Positions 50,603 to 62,165 of a DNA stretch of 64,000 bases are shown in pieces. The stretch comes from Massalongia carnosa (Eukaryota): contig OZ287070.1 in assembly GCA_965645245.1 (NCBI GenBank), positions 1,674,001 to 1,738,000 of the forward strand. The letters run 5' to 3'. The position numbers and the translations under genes are program-made. Below the pieces are notes generated by a model. It was given only the letters and a program-made list of their open reading frames with translations. It was not told where the DNA came from and searched no databases. Numbering within the stretch: the stretch's first letter is position 1; each line of letters opens with the position of its first letter.

Positions 50603-52129
50603 GAATGGCAGATATGTATGTAAAGCGAAGAAGAAGAAGAAACGTGCTTTTATGAAACGGATTAATGAGTTGAGTTGATGAATGAACCAAAGAAAGATAA
50701 AGGGTACAAAGCACATTAATGTCGAAGGTGGAGACAGAATGAGAGAGGAGAATCGAATCGAGAAGAACGACAAGAGTACAAGAGGAAACGAAAACGAAGT
50801 CAAGAAACCCCCCCCCCCCATTTTCATCCCCCTTCTTCTTCTCTTCTCATAATCAGCTAGCTAGTTTAGCCAACGCGTATGCATCCGGAGACGACTCGCG
50901 AAAGGGGAAACTTTATTTTGGGGTTTTTTTGGCTGAGGTTTTTTCCTGAATCTGGAGATTGGAATTTGAAAGAAGGGGAAGAATGAAGAAAGACAAGAAA
51001 GGACGGCTGATGTCGATAGATAGATACGCAGATAACCATTTTTCTGTACATCTCGTAAATTTTCCCAATTCGTTCATCCATTCACCCATTCACCTCTCCT
51101 TGAACAACAACACCCCCTCCTCTCTTCTTCCCTCGCTTGTTCCCTATCTATAAAAGAACCGATCTGCGTTTTGCTCAACCTAAAGGAACAAGTTCCACGA
51201 AATCTAATATCTAACTGACTTACCAAATTTGAATTCAAGTTAAATCTAGGGGGAGTTCTTGTTCCAAAAGCCTAGAAGACTGACGGGGTTTTCCGGGGTT
51301 TATTCCTATTGTTTGCTTTATGTATAAAGTTTTTAGATCTGTATGTTTTCGCTACTCCCTCTTTGTTTATGGACTTCTCCAAACCTTTTCATCCTTTCAT
51401 CCATCCTCTTCAACCTCACCCTATTCCCAGTTTCTCATTCGTCAATTTTTTTTTAATTATATATATGCATTTTTTAAAAAAAAAATCAAGTTACATATAA
51501 AACTTATACAAAACCACAAAAGCATGTATCCATTTCCCCGAACTCTCTGTCTCTCTCCCGAATCAACAAAAGTCCCCTCTCAAAAAAAGGTCAAACTATA
51601 TAACCTGTTGCAAATATCCCAAGAAGCCTCTCGCTCAATCGGTCGGGAGAGGAAGCTTTCGTACATTTTCGCCCCCTTCTCGCAAGCGGATGAGTGGAAG
51701 ACGTGATGTGATACCTACTAAGGTAACAAATTGACAACGGCAAATGGTAAGGGGGTGGTAGGGCATAACGAACGGTGGACGAACGGATCGAACAAGGGAA
51801 GAAGAAAAGGACGTGGGGTTGGAGGATAGCTTTGAGGGGGGAGGAGATGGGGGAAAAGGAAAGGAAGGACTGGTGAAGAGAATAGTTACGGAAAAAAAAC
51901 GAAAATCGGGAAAATTTTTTAAAATATGAACGGCTTGATTAAAAGTTGCTACTGGAAGTGGGGAAGTTAAGTATATAGGTGCTTAGATAGGTATACTCGC
52001 TAAACCGGATGCACGGAGCAGATAGATTGAAAAACCTAACTTGGACGAATCTTCCAATCCAGGTTGATGGGGGGGAAAACGCTCAAGTTCGCTGCTCCTG
52101 TGACACAACATCTACCTCGCCGGACCGCC

Positions 52130-54837
52130 TTAAATCAACTTCGCTCCATAATCCTTGCTTTCCGCCTCTTGTCTCCTCTCCGCGTTGGCAATGGCGCTCT
52201 GCAGCGCGCTGGTGAGGTCGATGTGGAAGAACGGACGGTTGAGGCCGTGTACGAGGGCAATCTTTGGCCCGCGGTTGGCGTACGCCTTGCTGGTGCCTAA
52301 CTCCTTGCCCAGGTCGTTGTTGGACGAGCTGGTGGCGCCGTGCGAGATGTTGTCGCTGACGGTGAGAGACTTGGATCGTTGCTCCTCGACGTCTTGCGTA
52401 TGCTGGCGGCGGAGGCGTTTCTCGTTCTCGCGCTGCTCGGCGATCTCGGCGGCACTGGATTGCCCGCCGATTTCGGCCACGCTGAAGACTGGCTTCCAGC
52501 GCTCAAAGGCGCCGGAGCCGAGCGGGGTCGGATAGCCAAAGCCGGCGGAGACGAGAGCACGCTTAGTCCAGCGGTTGTTGATGCAGGAAATATGCCAGTC
52601 CACTTGGCCGGGCGCGGCGTAGCGGTCGAGTTGGTTGCGGACGTCGATGAGATGTTGGATGGACGTGACGTCGACGTTATTGACGGAGGAGAAGTCGAGA
52701 ATGATGGCCTTTAACGTGGGACGGCCCGAGTGATCATCAGCGAGTTTGCCGCGGCGCGGACCAGGGTCGTTCCACGGTCGGTCCTAGCGGGATGTTAGCA
52801 CGATGGTCATCGAACGAAAACGTTGCAAGACAACGACTTACTCCGAGCCTCCCGTACGAGTTTGGATTTGTCCTGCGCGTCTCCTTGAAGATGCCCGCCA
52901 CCATGTAGTCCAGGTAATGGTTGGCGTTGGGATAGTTGAACCCTTCGGAGAAGCGATAGATGAAAATCCCGGGATAGGGAGACTCCACCACGATTTCGGG
53001 ATTCGACCCGTCATTGTGCGAGATGGGAAGGAAAATGTTGCGGTGTGCTTTGTCCGGGTCGGTGGCATTGAGCGGCCCCTGGCCGTACTTCCTGTCGTCA
53101 TCCAAGAGGTGGTCACCCACAACGGAATGCACCTTGACTCGGCCGAGGAAGCGGCCTCGTGCTTTGACCAGGCGAAACAAAAGGATTGCCAGGGACGTGC
53201 AGATGGTTGTGTAAATGCCATTCTCGATGCTCGAGAAGATGGTGACCAACACCCCCGCGAAGAAAATAAACACCTCCAGAGGGGAGATCAGCCAGAATTG
53301 ATACACCGTGTTTGGCGGAGTGATTAAATCTAGCACCGCGTGGATGATGACCGCGGCGAGCGAGGCGTTCGGGATGTAGAAGAAGACGGCAGGCAGCGCG
53401 TAGATTGCCAGCAACACGACGAGGGCGGTAATGACCCCGGCGAACGGAGTTCGCACCCCGGCTTTGGACTTGATGGCCGTCCGGGAGAAAGAGCCTGTAG
53501 CCGGATACGCTCCAAGAAAAGGGCCCAGCAAGTTCGTCACCCCAATGGCTACCATTTCCTGAGAGGGGTCGATGGTATAGTTGTTGATGCGCCCAAAGGA
53601 CTTGGCAATGGCGATATGCTCAATGAGCAAAACGATCACCGAGGCTGGCAGCTCGCTCGCAAAAGTTTTGATGATGGACTTGCTTATCTTCGGAACCGCG
53701 GCATTTTGAAACCCTGGCTGGAGTTAGCGTTTTCCCTTGCACGTTTGGTCTACATCAGGCGTACCTCGGGGAACTGGCCCGGTAATTTTGAACTTGTTCT
53801 GCTTGGTCGCACGATGATGCCGGTTGACCAACCAACTGATCATGGTGTAAAGCAGGATCACGAAGGCCGTTCGAAGAGTGGAGAGGAAGAAGAAGAGCTT
53901 GGCTTTGCTGGGCACTTTCTTGGCGCTAAAGTTACAAACGGCTCGGATGGCATAGAGCATGAACAAAGCGGTTACACCCATGGCGGCGTCGAGGTTACTT
54001 CGTCCGAGATGTTTGAGGATGTTGATGACCACTTTGTACGTGGATTGTCTCGTGTCGAATCCGGTGATGCCCATCAGCGTTGGGAATTGACCAACGGCGA
54101 TGTTAATTGCAGAACCCGTCATGAACGCCGAAATTGCCGCCAACGAGATGAAGTCAACGATCCAGCCCATTCGGATCAGACCGATGAAGGCAATAATCGC
54201 ACCGCAGATGATTGCGAGAGCTGAAGCTACCACGTGAGGCGCAATCTCCGGATGCGTCTTCTCCACTTTCAGCACCACGTTGCCCACGATTAATGACATG
54301 ACAGCCACGGGCTACAGGCTGTTAGCTCCGACTCCTGATCCAACACTTGCGACGATACTGACTCCGATGGTGATATCTTTGGAAGTCGCGAAAAACCAAT
54401 AGATCAAGACACCCATGAACGACGAGTACAGGCCAAACTGCACCGGAAGCGCTGCCAGTTTCGCATACGCCATCGACTGAGGCACCACCACACACCCGAC
54501 CGTGATTCCTGGCACGAGATTTAGTCATCTTCTTGCGCCTCCTCAAGCGCCTAGCGGACTTACCAGCAACAAGATCTCCGAACAGCCACTGCACATTGTA
54601 CCGGCTAATCCAGTGGGTAAATGGAAACAATCGGTATGCCCAGCGGCCAATTCCATGCCCGGTAGGAGTAATTTTCCGAAGCCATTCAAAAACCGACGGT
54701 TCCTCTTCCACGTAGGTGTCAGCCGTCGAGACCGAATAGTTCGACTCTCCCCGAGTGATTTGTTCGCCCGTAGGGTTTCGGTAGTTCAACTTGATGCCTA
54801 GGAGCTTGACCAGCACGGGCCCTATCTTAGCCGCCAT
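52130..54837 (-). CDS. Sulfate permease (SLC26/SulP family with STAS domain)
   Basis: GDLVAG|ITVG..VPQSMAYAKLA, YWFFATSKDITIG, EHIAIAKSF, ATGSFSRTAIK, GIFIYRF and STAS motif IILDFSSV. Four introns. Confidence 0.93.
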
Positions 54838-56628
54838 CACTCACGCGTCGGCCTGATAGATGCCCAACGCAACTGCAACGAGGTATTTGGGGATGGGGAT
54901 TCCGAGAAGCTTCGAACACACCCGACGGTAAAGGGGCGAGAGCGATTCACGTCGGTAAACGAGCTTACTTGCCGGCGTGAGCAACGCTCCAAGGGATCGA
55001 GCTGGGTCGGGACGGATTACGGGAGAAAGTCAAGACATGAAATTCCCAGCGAGTAAACGAGATCTGTCGGGCAACCTTAATACTGCGGAGGACGATGGAT
55101 CTGCAGATGTATAAGTTTATAATTTCCCTTCTCGGCTCGGGGTCAGACTGTTCACGGTAGGGTTCACGCGAAGGTGTCAACGTGTCGAGGCATGATCATC
55201 GAACGTCATCGTGCTGAGAAGGACCGACAAGAGATTTCTTATTGGGCATGAGCATAAAGAAAGAGAAGGAGGACAAGTCGGGCGCAGGATTGGGATAGTC
55301 AGCCTCTGGGCCAGGCCAGGCGGACGAGATAAAAGGAGGGAGGGTGGCACAAGGCATGACCATTCTCGATCACTTTCCTTTTTCCCTTTTTCCTTTTTTT
55401 CCTTTTCCTCGTTCCCTTTTCTAGTGTCTCTTTTCCATTTCTTTTTGTCCCTTGGCATACGCATCTGCTTTCATGATCGAGGTGTAGCGTGAGGGAAAGC
55501 CGATGGCGTGCTTTTGTTGATATCAGCGAGCTTCTATAGTGTATTCCTGGATGCAGTTAGTGCGCGGGCTTGGCAGGGAAGCCCGATCCGACTAGACCCA
55601 ACCTGTTTCCGAAAACAGCTGCGCCGGCTAGTGAAACGTGAGTTCGCTGTGTTTGCTGTTTGCAACGTGTCAAGCTCGACTGACGTGCTCGGCTCGTAAA
55701 GCACGTCAGATTTACCCGAGGACCCGAGTGAGACCTTCCCCCGTTGATTGGTTCAGGATGACTCCTGTATCGTGGATTTCTGTCCTCAACACTCGTGAGC
55801 GTGAAACGGTTCCACGCAAAAGTTCCACGCGAAAGCCCTAACCAACTCCCTCCGCACAATGGCAAGATCCGGCGCCATCACTGGGGAGGTCTGCACGCGA
55901 CCATTCATCGTCGTCAGTCCATCGCTCTCGGTGGACAACCCCTATCTGGGTGGTATTGTACAGAAGAGAATCCAAAGAACAACCGAGGAAAATGGGGACA
56001 GGCTGTCCACCCACGATCTGAGGCTCCTACTCTGTACTCCGTACTCGATGACAGAGGTTAACGTACACCACCATGCCGAGTGTGGAGTGGCATATGCACC
56101 CCCGGCGTTCCGAAAGGGTTGCAAAGTTCACCGAAGGGAGGGCACCTGCATCCCCCACCTAAGTTACCCCGAACCAATCTCAACTCTACGCGCGTTAAAG
56201 CATGCACTCGAGCTGAAGGCAGAGATCCCCCGTGTCCACTGGCAGCCCCATGTTCACCTTCGCCTCTCTCTTTGGCATATATTGTGAACCTAAGTGATGA
56301 TCTTAGGTGGTGGCTCAGGGGCCTGAGGGATAGCATGGCCTTATTAGGCCTAGTGTGGGCTAGCTCGCCGCACATAATGTAATATTAGCTACTGAGATAG
56401 AGCTTTCCTTCTAGACATTCATATTATCAAGAGTTCACCTCTATTCACGAACCTCACTAGGTTCAACAGTTATGAGCCCGGATTGATCTGCAATCAATTC
56501 ATCTTTCTATTAAATTCTGGAGATGCCATTAGCCACGTTTAACATTGCCACGATTAGTCCTAAGGTTAGGACTTGGCCTGAGTTTTAAACAGCGAAAACC
56601 TCCATTTTTAACAGCCATTATTTTAGCA

Positions 56629-57567
56629 ATGGCTGCTTCTTTTGACAACAAGCATAGGCTCATCCTTAACGACCCCAAGGATTGGGTTGGGTGGCTTTCT
56701 TACATCAGGAAATCCGTCAACGGCGAGACCTGGAAGCTGGTTGACCCAGATTTGCCAGAAAGACCGGCAAGGCTTCAAATGCCAGCTCTTCCAGCAAAAG
56801 CCACCGTTAATGCGGAAACTGGGCGGATAAGCAGTGCTGATTTAGAAGTATGGAAGATGAACAAATTATATTACGACGAGGAAAAGCATTTGTATGAAAA
56901 GCAGGACAAAGCATTGACCAGGGTGCATACCCTTATTCTCGAGTCAGTTTCAGCACGGATGGTGAATCATACGGCCTATACGGAACAGGACCCATACGAC
57001 ACCCTCATAGCTCTGAAACAACGGCTTAAACCTTCTAGCGCAAGCCTTTCTCTCGAAGTGGAAAGGAAGTTCCATCGTCTGGCCAAAGGACCTGGAAATC
57101 AGAACATAGAAGCTTGGCTAGATGAGTGGATAGATATGTATCATGAGGCCAAAAGGCGAAAGATTTTCGAGATCACTGGCGAAAGGGCCATCCGCGATTT
57201 TTTGCTAGCTGTCAAGACCTTCAACCCTTATTATGCTAGCAATCGACGGGGATTTCGTAAGAACATCGAGATACAGAACCAAGGAATGGCCGAGAACCCA
57301 ATTCTAGGCCTAGGCCGTCAACAACAAAAATTCACCATGGAACAGGAGATAGAGAGCCTGCGAGAGGATTATCGCGAAAATCAGACCTTAGCATTAAGAA
57401 ACCCGGCCGCCCTAGCAACTCAGGCAAAACCTACGCTCAAAGGCAGAGATCAGGAAGGGAAGGACAAGGATAATAAATGCAGGGAAGGGAGGGGGCCCAT
57501 GTGCCTCTGTGGTGATAAGATGTTTTATCCAATTGTCCCTACCTCGTTCCTAGCAAAGCACCACTAG
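56629..57567 (+). CDS. Copia Gag
   Basis: ORF following the PBS, ending in a partial Zn knuckle CLCG that continues in the -1 frame. Confidence 0.8.
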   Translation: MAASFDNKHRLILNDPKDWVGWLSYIRKSVNGETWKLVDPDLPERPARLQMPALPAKATVNAETGRISSADLEVWKMNKLYYDEEKHLYEKQDKALTRVHTLILESVSARMVNHTAYTEQDPYDTLIALKQRLKPSSASLSLEVERKFHRLAKGPGNQNIEAWLDEWIDMYHEAKRRKIFEITGERAIRDFLLAVKTFNPYYASNRRGFRKNIEIQNQGMAENPILGLGRQQQKFTMEQEIESLREDYRENQTLALRNPAALATQAKPTLKGRDQEGKDKDNKCREGRGPMCLCGDKMFYPIVPTSFLAKHH

Positions 57568-60500
57568 GATGGAAGGAAGACCCAGAGAAAAGGAAAAAGG
57601 TCGATGAGGCATTAAAAAATAAAGAAACGAAAGAAAGGGTCGAGGGCTTTCTGAAACGTCAGGCCGAAAAGTCAAAGGCATCTTCATCGTCTAAAACAGC
57701 CAACACTCCTACAATTGCATCAAGGACTGAAGGTGGTGGTGCATTCGTCACGACTGATAATTCTGCATTTGCAACAGACGTTTCTGGCATGGAGTCTCTG
57801 CTAATTCATGACGCGGCCTCATCAGTGCACATTTGCAATAGGTGGTCGGCCCACCTCTATAAGAAAATCAGGGACTCACATAGCGATGAGTATCTGCAAT
57901 CAGGAACTGACAAGGTCAGAATCGAAAGCTGGGGGGTGATGCACACCGCCTTTGAGACACCTAATGGACTCTATGGAGCATCTCTTCAAAACGTGGCCTA
58001 TGCAGCAAATTTTATGACGAGTATTGTTTCAGGTGCTCTTTTAGAAAGCAAGAACGTAAGCCTAAATTCCAGAGGACCTCATTTGTTCACCGGCGACGAC
58101 CCTACTAAAGTCGGATTTTGCCTCCATCGCCATGGATCAGACCTTACTTTCTCGGCCACAGGACTCCCACATCCATTTCCAGAGGGGGTTGCGAAAATTG
58201 AGCCGGAACCTGAATCAACAGCAACCAATCCTTCGGCCTACGCGACTGAGGCTATACGGAGCAAGGCTACAGAGGAATGGCATAGGATAATGGGTCACCC
58301 ATCTGGTGAAACAATCAGCCACTTGGAGAAATCAACAGAGGGAATAAAAGTCCTGGAGTCGGAAGTCCCTAAAACAAATCAATGCGAGACGTGTGCGTTG
58401 ACCAAAAGTCAACGAATAATCTCTCGATCCACCAACAAATCAGAAGATAAAACGGAGCCTTTTCATCGTATATCTATAGACCTGATGCCTTTCGAGACGT
58501 CATTAAATGGGCACGAATGGGCGACCCACATAGCCTGTATGGCTACTGACTTCAACATTTTAGAGACTCATCGCAGCAAGTCTGACTGCAGAGAGTTCAT
58601 TTTGAATACGATCGCTATGATAAAACGGAGGTTTAAACGCGACGTCGTGTTCATACGTTCTGACAACGAGGGTTCTTTTAACACCGCTTTCAGAGATGAA
58701 ATCAAAGGCCTAGGAATCACCTTGGAACCTAGTAGTCCTGATACGCCTGAACAGAACGGGCATGCGGAACGCAAAGGCAAGATGTTGGCTATAAAGGCAA
58801 GGGCATTGCGGATAGAGGCCGAGTTGCCTCACTACCTGTGGGTTGAGGCTATTCACACTGCTTGCTATTTAGCAAATCGCACACCTATGGCGAAACATAA
58901 CTGGAAGACGCCTTACGAACTAGTCACCGGCCAAAAGCCTAATTTATCACATTTGAAGGTCTACGGATGTAAGGCCTACGCGTTGAAACATCACATACCA
59001 AGGAAGCAAAAACTGGAACCTAGGGCCCATATAGGATATTTGGTAGGCTATGATTCAACAAACATCTTCAGAATTTGGATACCATCAAGGCGCAAAATCA
59101 TACGATCAAGGGACGTCCTTTTCGATGAGGACGAGGTCCATAGCCTTGTTGACCCACCAGACCTGTTGCATTTCCTCTCTACCACCGGAGATAATGCACC
59201 CTACATCATTACTGATCGCATGCGAAATGCACTAGCTGAGTTAGATGCTGAGGACGAAAAACATCGTAGCACCTTTGACGAATTATTTGCAAATTCACCT
59301 GCTATCGCGGAAAAGCCTGTTATAACGGAAAAGCCCGGTATAGGACTTGATGGGCCATCTAGAAAGAGGCCTCATGACACAGCACCAAACATCCTTCCTA
59401 CACCTACACCGTCCCTTAGTCCCTCACCAAGCACACTGGGGGGTGATGGTGATGATGCTACAGGTCTCCCACCGATAATGAGGCGTGCACGTGCTATGAG
59501 GCCATTGAGGTCAAGGGACATAGCACCACAGGCTCAAACGATTTCAGCAGACCTAGACGACGACCACATCTTACCTGAAGGGTCAAAACGGCAAAGAACC
59601 ACGCGTCAAAATGTGTACGCAACACAGTTGGAGGAAGTTGGTCAAGGATCAACAGACCCTTTTCACGCCTCATTTGCAGCCCTCACCATAGGTTCGGCCT
59701 ATCGTCCAGCTTTAGCATTTACGACCAGGATAGCCTCATCCTCGGAGCGACCTCATACTCGTCCACATCGAGACAATATGCCAGCCGCGCCGAAAGGGTT
59801 CAAGGAACTAGCTAGGCACCCATACTGCGAGGCGTTCAAAGAGGCAATGCGGGTGGAGATAAAGGAATTACAACGCAAAGGTACGTGGGAAGAGGTGGCT
59901 AAGGATGAGGCCATACACAAGCAATCAGTTCCTACCATGTGGGTCTACAAGTATAAATTTGATGAGGACGGCTGGCTTGTTAAACATAAGGCGCGTTTGG
60001 TGGCTAGAGGGGACCTTCAACATACGAATTTCGATACGTATGCAGCCACATTAGCTGCACGCCTGTTTCGATTCCTGATGGCCCTCGTCGCATCATTTGA
60101 CCTAAATACGAGGCAGTACGATGCAGTGAATGCATTTGCTAATTCACTAATCAACGAAACAACATACTGTAGGCTTCCACCAGGATGGACTGGCAATTCG
60201 AACGTTATATTACGTCTTCTCCGGGCCCTATACGGGCTAAAACAGTCACCAGCACTATGGCACAACGATTTATCAAGCACTCTAATAGAGCTAGGGCTAG
60301 AACCTCTCCCTGGGGTCGAATGCATTTACACCAACAGCTATATGATAGTGTTTTTCTTCGTAGATGACATATGCGTCATCTATGATAAACGCTACTCGGC
60401 ATACGTTGATGCTTTCGAAGCAAAACTCTTTAACAAATATGAAATGAAGGCCTTAGGTGAAATTGAGTGGTTCTTGGGCATACGGGTCACTAGGGATAGG

Positions 60501-61394
60501 GCCTCAAGGAAACTGTGGCTATGCCAGGACAGTTATATCGACAAAATAGGTGCAAAGCTCAACATCACCGGGGTCAATGCAAAGGCCTCGCCGCTACCAG
60601 TTGAAGATATTCCCAAATTCAACGGCATCGCCACTGCACAAGACATATTTCAATACCAAACGAAAGTAGGGCACGTCAATTTCCCTGCGGTTATTACAAG
60701 GCCTGATATAGCAAATTCGGCCTCCAAATTATCAGAACATTTAAACAACCCCTCACCCAGACACATCGAGTTGGTGAATAGGGTGATTGGTTACCTCGTT
60801 TCAACAAGGACCTTATCAATCATGTTCGACGGTCGCATAATCATACCAAGAGAAGTCATACCAAAAGAAGTCCTGATAGTGAGCAGCGACTCCAGTTTTG
60901 CAGACGACCTGCAGACTAGGTACAGCTCGCAGGGCTACGCAATGAAGCTATTCGGAGGCCTAATAGACTGGAAGGCCAACAAACAGAAGACGGTTACGCT
61001 ATCGTCAACTGAGGCTGAATTGCTGGCTATTTCTCAGACCGCGAAAGAGACTATATGGTGGTCCCGTCTGTTTGAGTTGATTGAATTTGACCTAGGAAAT
61101 GATCTCACCATTCAATGTGATAACCGTCAAACTATCAGAGCCCTAATATCAGAAAACCCCCGATTCTCGACTAAGCTAAGGCATGTGGATATTCATTCAC
61201 ATTGGCTACGGCAAGAAGTGATCAATAAGAGGATCTCTATCAACTGGGTGCCATCAGCTCAGATTTTGGCCGATGGGTTCACTAAGGCCCTACCCATTCA
61301 GCGGCACAAAGAATTCATCAACCTACTAGGACTAGTCAAGGCAGAAGGGCCTAAACAGCCGTCTCAGGAAGGGCCTAAAAAGGAAGGGCCTTGA
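57531..61394 (+). CDS. Copia Pol frame (protease, integrase, RT, RNase H)
   Basis: Open from 57531. Protease-like IHDAASSVH, WHRIMGH..CETC, RSDNEG..EQNGHAER, KARLVARG, LYGLKQS, FFVDD, SSTEAE and ADGFTKAL. Confidence 0.93.
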   Translation, partial: NCPYLVPSKAPLGWKEDPEKRKKVDEALKNKETKERVEGFLKRQAEKSKASSSSKTANTPTIASRTEGGGAFVTTDNSAFATDVSGMESLLIHDAASSVHICNRWSAHLYKKIRDSHSDEYLQSGTDKVRIESWGVMHTAFETPNGLYGASLQNVAYAANFMTSIVSGALLESKNVSLNSRGPHLFTGDDPTKVGFCLHRHGSDLTFSATGLPHPFPEGVAKIEPEPESTATNPSAYATEAIRSKATEEWHRIMGHPSGETISHLEKSTEGIKVLESEVPKTNQCETCALTKSQRIISRSTNKSEDKTEPFHRISIDLMPFETSLNGHEWATHIACMATDFNILETHRSKSDCREFILNTIAMIKRRFKRDVVFIRSDNEGSFNTAFRDEIKGLGITLEPSSPDTPEQNGHAERKGKMLAIKARALRIEAELPHYLWVEAIHTACYLANRTPMAKHNWKTPYELVTGQKPNLSHLKVYGCKAYALKHHIPRKQKLEPRAHIGYLVGYDSTNIFRIWIPSRRKIIRSRDVLFDEDEVHSLVDPPDLLHFLSTTGDNAPYIITDRMRNALAELDAEDEKHRSTFDELFANSPAIAEKPVITEKPGIGLDGPSRKRPHDTAPNILPTPTPSLSPSPSTLGGDGDDATGLPPIMRRARAMRPLRSRDIAPQAQTISADLDDDHILPEGSKRQRTTRQNVYATQLEEVGQGSTDPFHASFAALTIGSAYRPALAFTTRIASSSERPHTRPHRDNMPAAPKGFKELARHPYCEAFKEAMRVEIKELQRKGTWEEVAKDEAIHKQSVPTMWVYKYKFDEDGWLVKHKARLVARGDLQHTNFDTYAATLAARLFRFLMALVASFDLNTRQYDAVNAFANSLINETTYCRLPPGWTGNSNVILRLLRALYGLKQSPALWHNDLSSTLIELGLEPLPGVECIYTNSYMIVFFFVDDICVIYDKRYSAYVDAFEAKLFNKYEMKALGEIEWFLGIRVTRDRASRKLWLCQDSYIDKIGAKLNITGVNAKASPLPVEDIPKFNGIATAQDIFQYQTKVGHVNFPAVITRPDIANSASKLSEHLNNPSPRHIELVNRVIGYLVSTRTLSIMFDGRIIIPREVIPKEVLIVSSDSSFADDLQTRYSSQGYAMKLFGGLIDWKANKQKTVTLSSTEAELLAISQTAKETIWWSRLFELIEFDLGNDLTIQCDNRQTIRALISENPRFSTKLRHVDIHSHWLRQEVINKRISINWVPSAQILADGFTKALPIQRHKEFINLLGLVKAEGPKQPSQEGPKKEGP

Positions 61395-62165
61395 AAGCAT
61401 CAAACTTCACGATAGCATCAGAACTCAGCAAATAGGATCAGAAATCAACTTCTACACTGATCGCATAGAAGCTGAAGGGGTGTGTGAACCTAAGTGATGA
61501 TCTTAGGTGGTGGCTCAGGGGCCTGAGGGATAGCATGGCCTTATTAGGCCTAGTGTGGGCTAGCTCGCCGCACATAATGTAATATTAGCTACTGAGATAG
61601 AGCTTTCCTTCTAGACATTCATATTATCAAGAGTTCACCTCTATTCACGAACCTCACTAGGTTCAACATATATCACATAATACCCTACGATGTCCTCCTT
61701 CCATTCACCTACGGACGCTACCCCTTAACGCTATTGCCCCCCCCCCCCCCATTCCTCCCCTTCATCGAGACCAATGGCAACGAGCTAATGGAAAGCTTGC
61801 TACTATCGCCATTACGTTACTACACGTCTGGACACGTTCTGGGCACGGTGGAGGAAACAGGACTCGGCAGCTTCATTCAACTGGCTTGGGCTCGGGCTCG
61901 GGCTCAGGCTCAGGGCCGTGTTCAACGTGCTTGGGTTCTTCTACAAGTACAGACGAATACAGGCCGAGCCAACGAAACCTCCCGCTGATCCGATCCCCCA
62001 TCGCATCCGTGGTATCATCCATCCCATACATGACTCCTATCCTTCCCCTCTAGTAGGAACGCCGCAACCCCGTTATACGTGTCCCTTCACAGATATAACA
62101 CCGATCCCTCGCGATACGCCCCAAGGAGATTCGGGGGGAAACTATATAAGCCAGCTATTCGTTAA

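Larger units (their letters stand above)
56283..61668 (+). mobile_element. Ty1/copia LTR retrotransposon, full-length and recent
   Basis: Identical 186-bp TG..CA LTRs (56283-56468 and 61483-61668), 5-bp TSD TATAT, PBS GTTATGAGCCC at 56469 and a purine-rich tract before the 3' LTR. Domain order is PR-IN-RT-RH. Confidence 0.97.

Noticed and set aside
49476..51706. ORFs with poly-H, poly-S, poly-C and poly-F runs
   Set aside because: Derived from microsatellites and T-rich low-complexity DNA.
53340..54224. 294-aa plus-strand ORF
   Set aside because: Antisense to the GC3-rich sulfate permease CDS, where such open antisense frames are expected.
54840..56280. CYS3/MetR site (ATGRYRYCAT) expected upstream of the sulfate permease
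   Set aside because: Only partial matches were seen (e.g. CCGGCGCCAT at ~55869), too weak to call.
56294..56400. Box C (GTGATGA) and box D (CTGA) motifs in the LTR
   Set aside because: No terminal stem or guide evidence; such short motifs are expected by chance.
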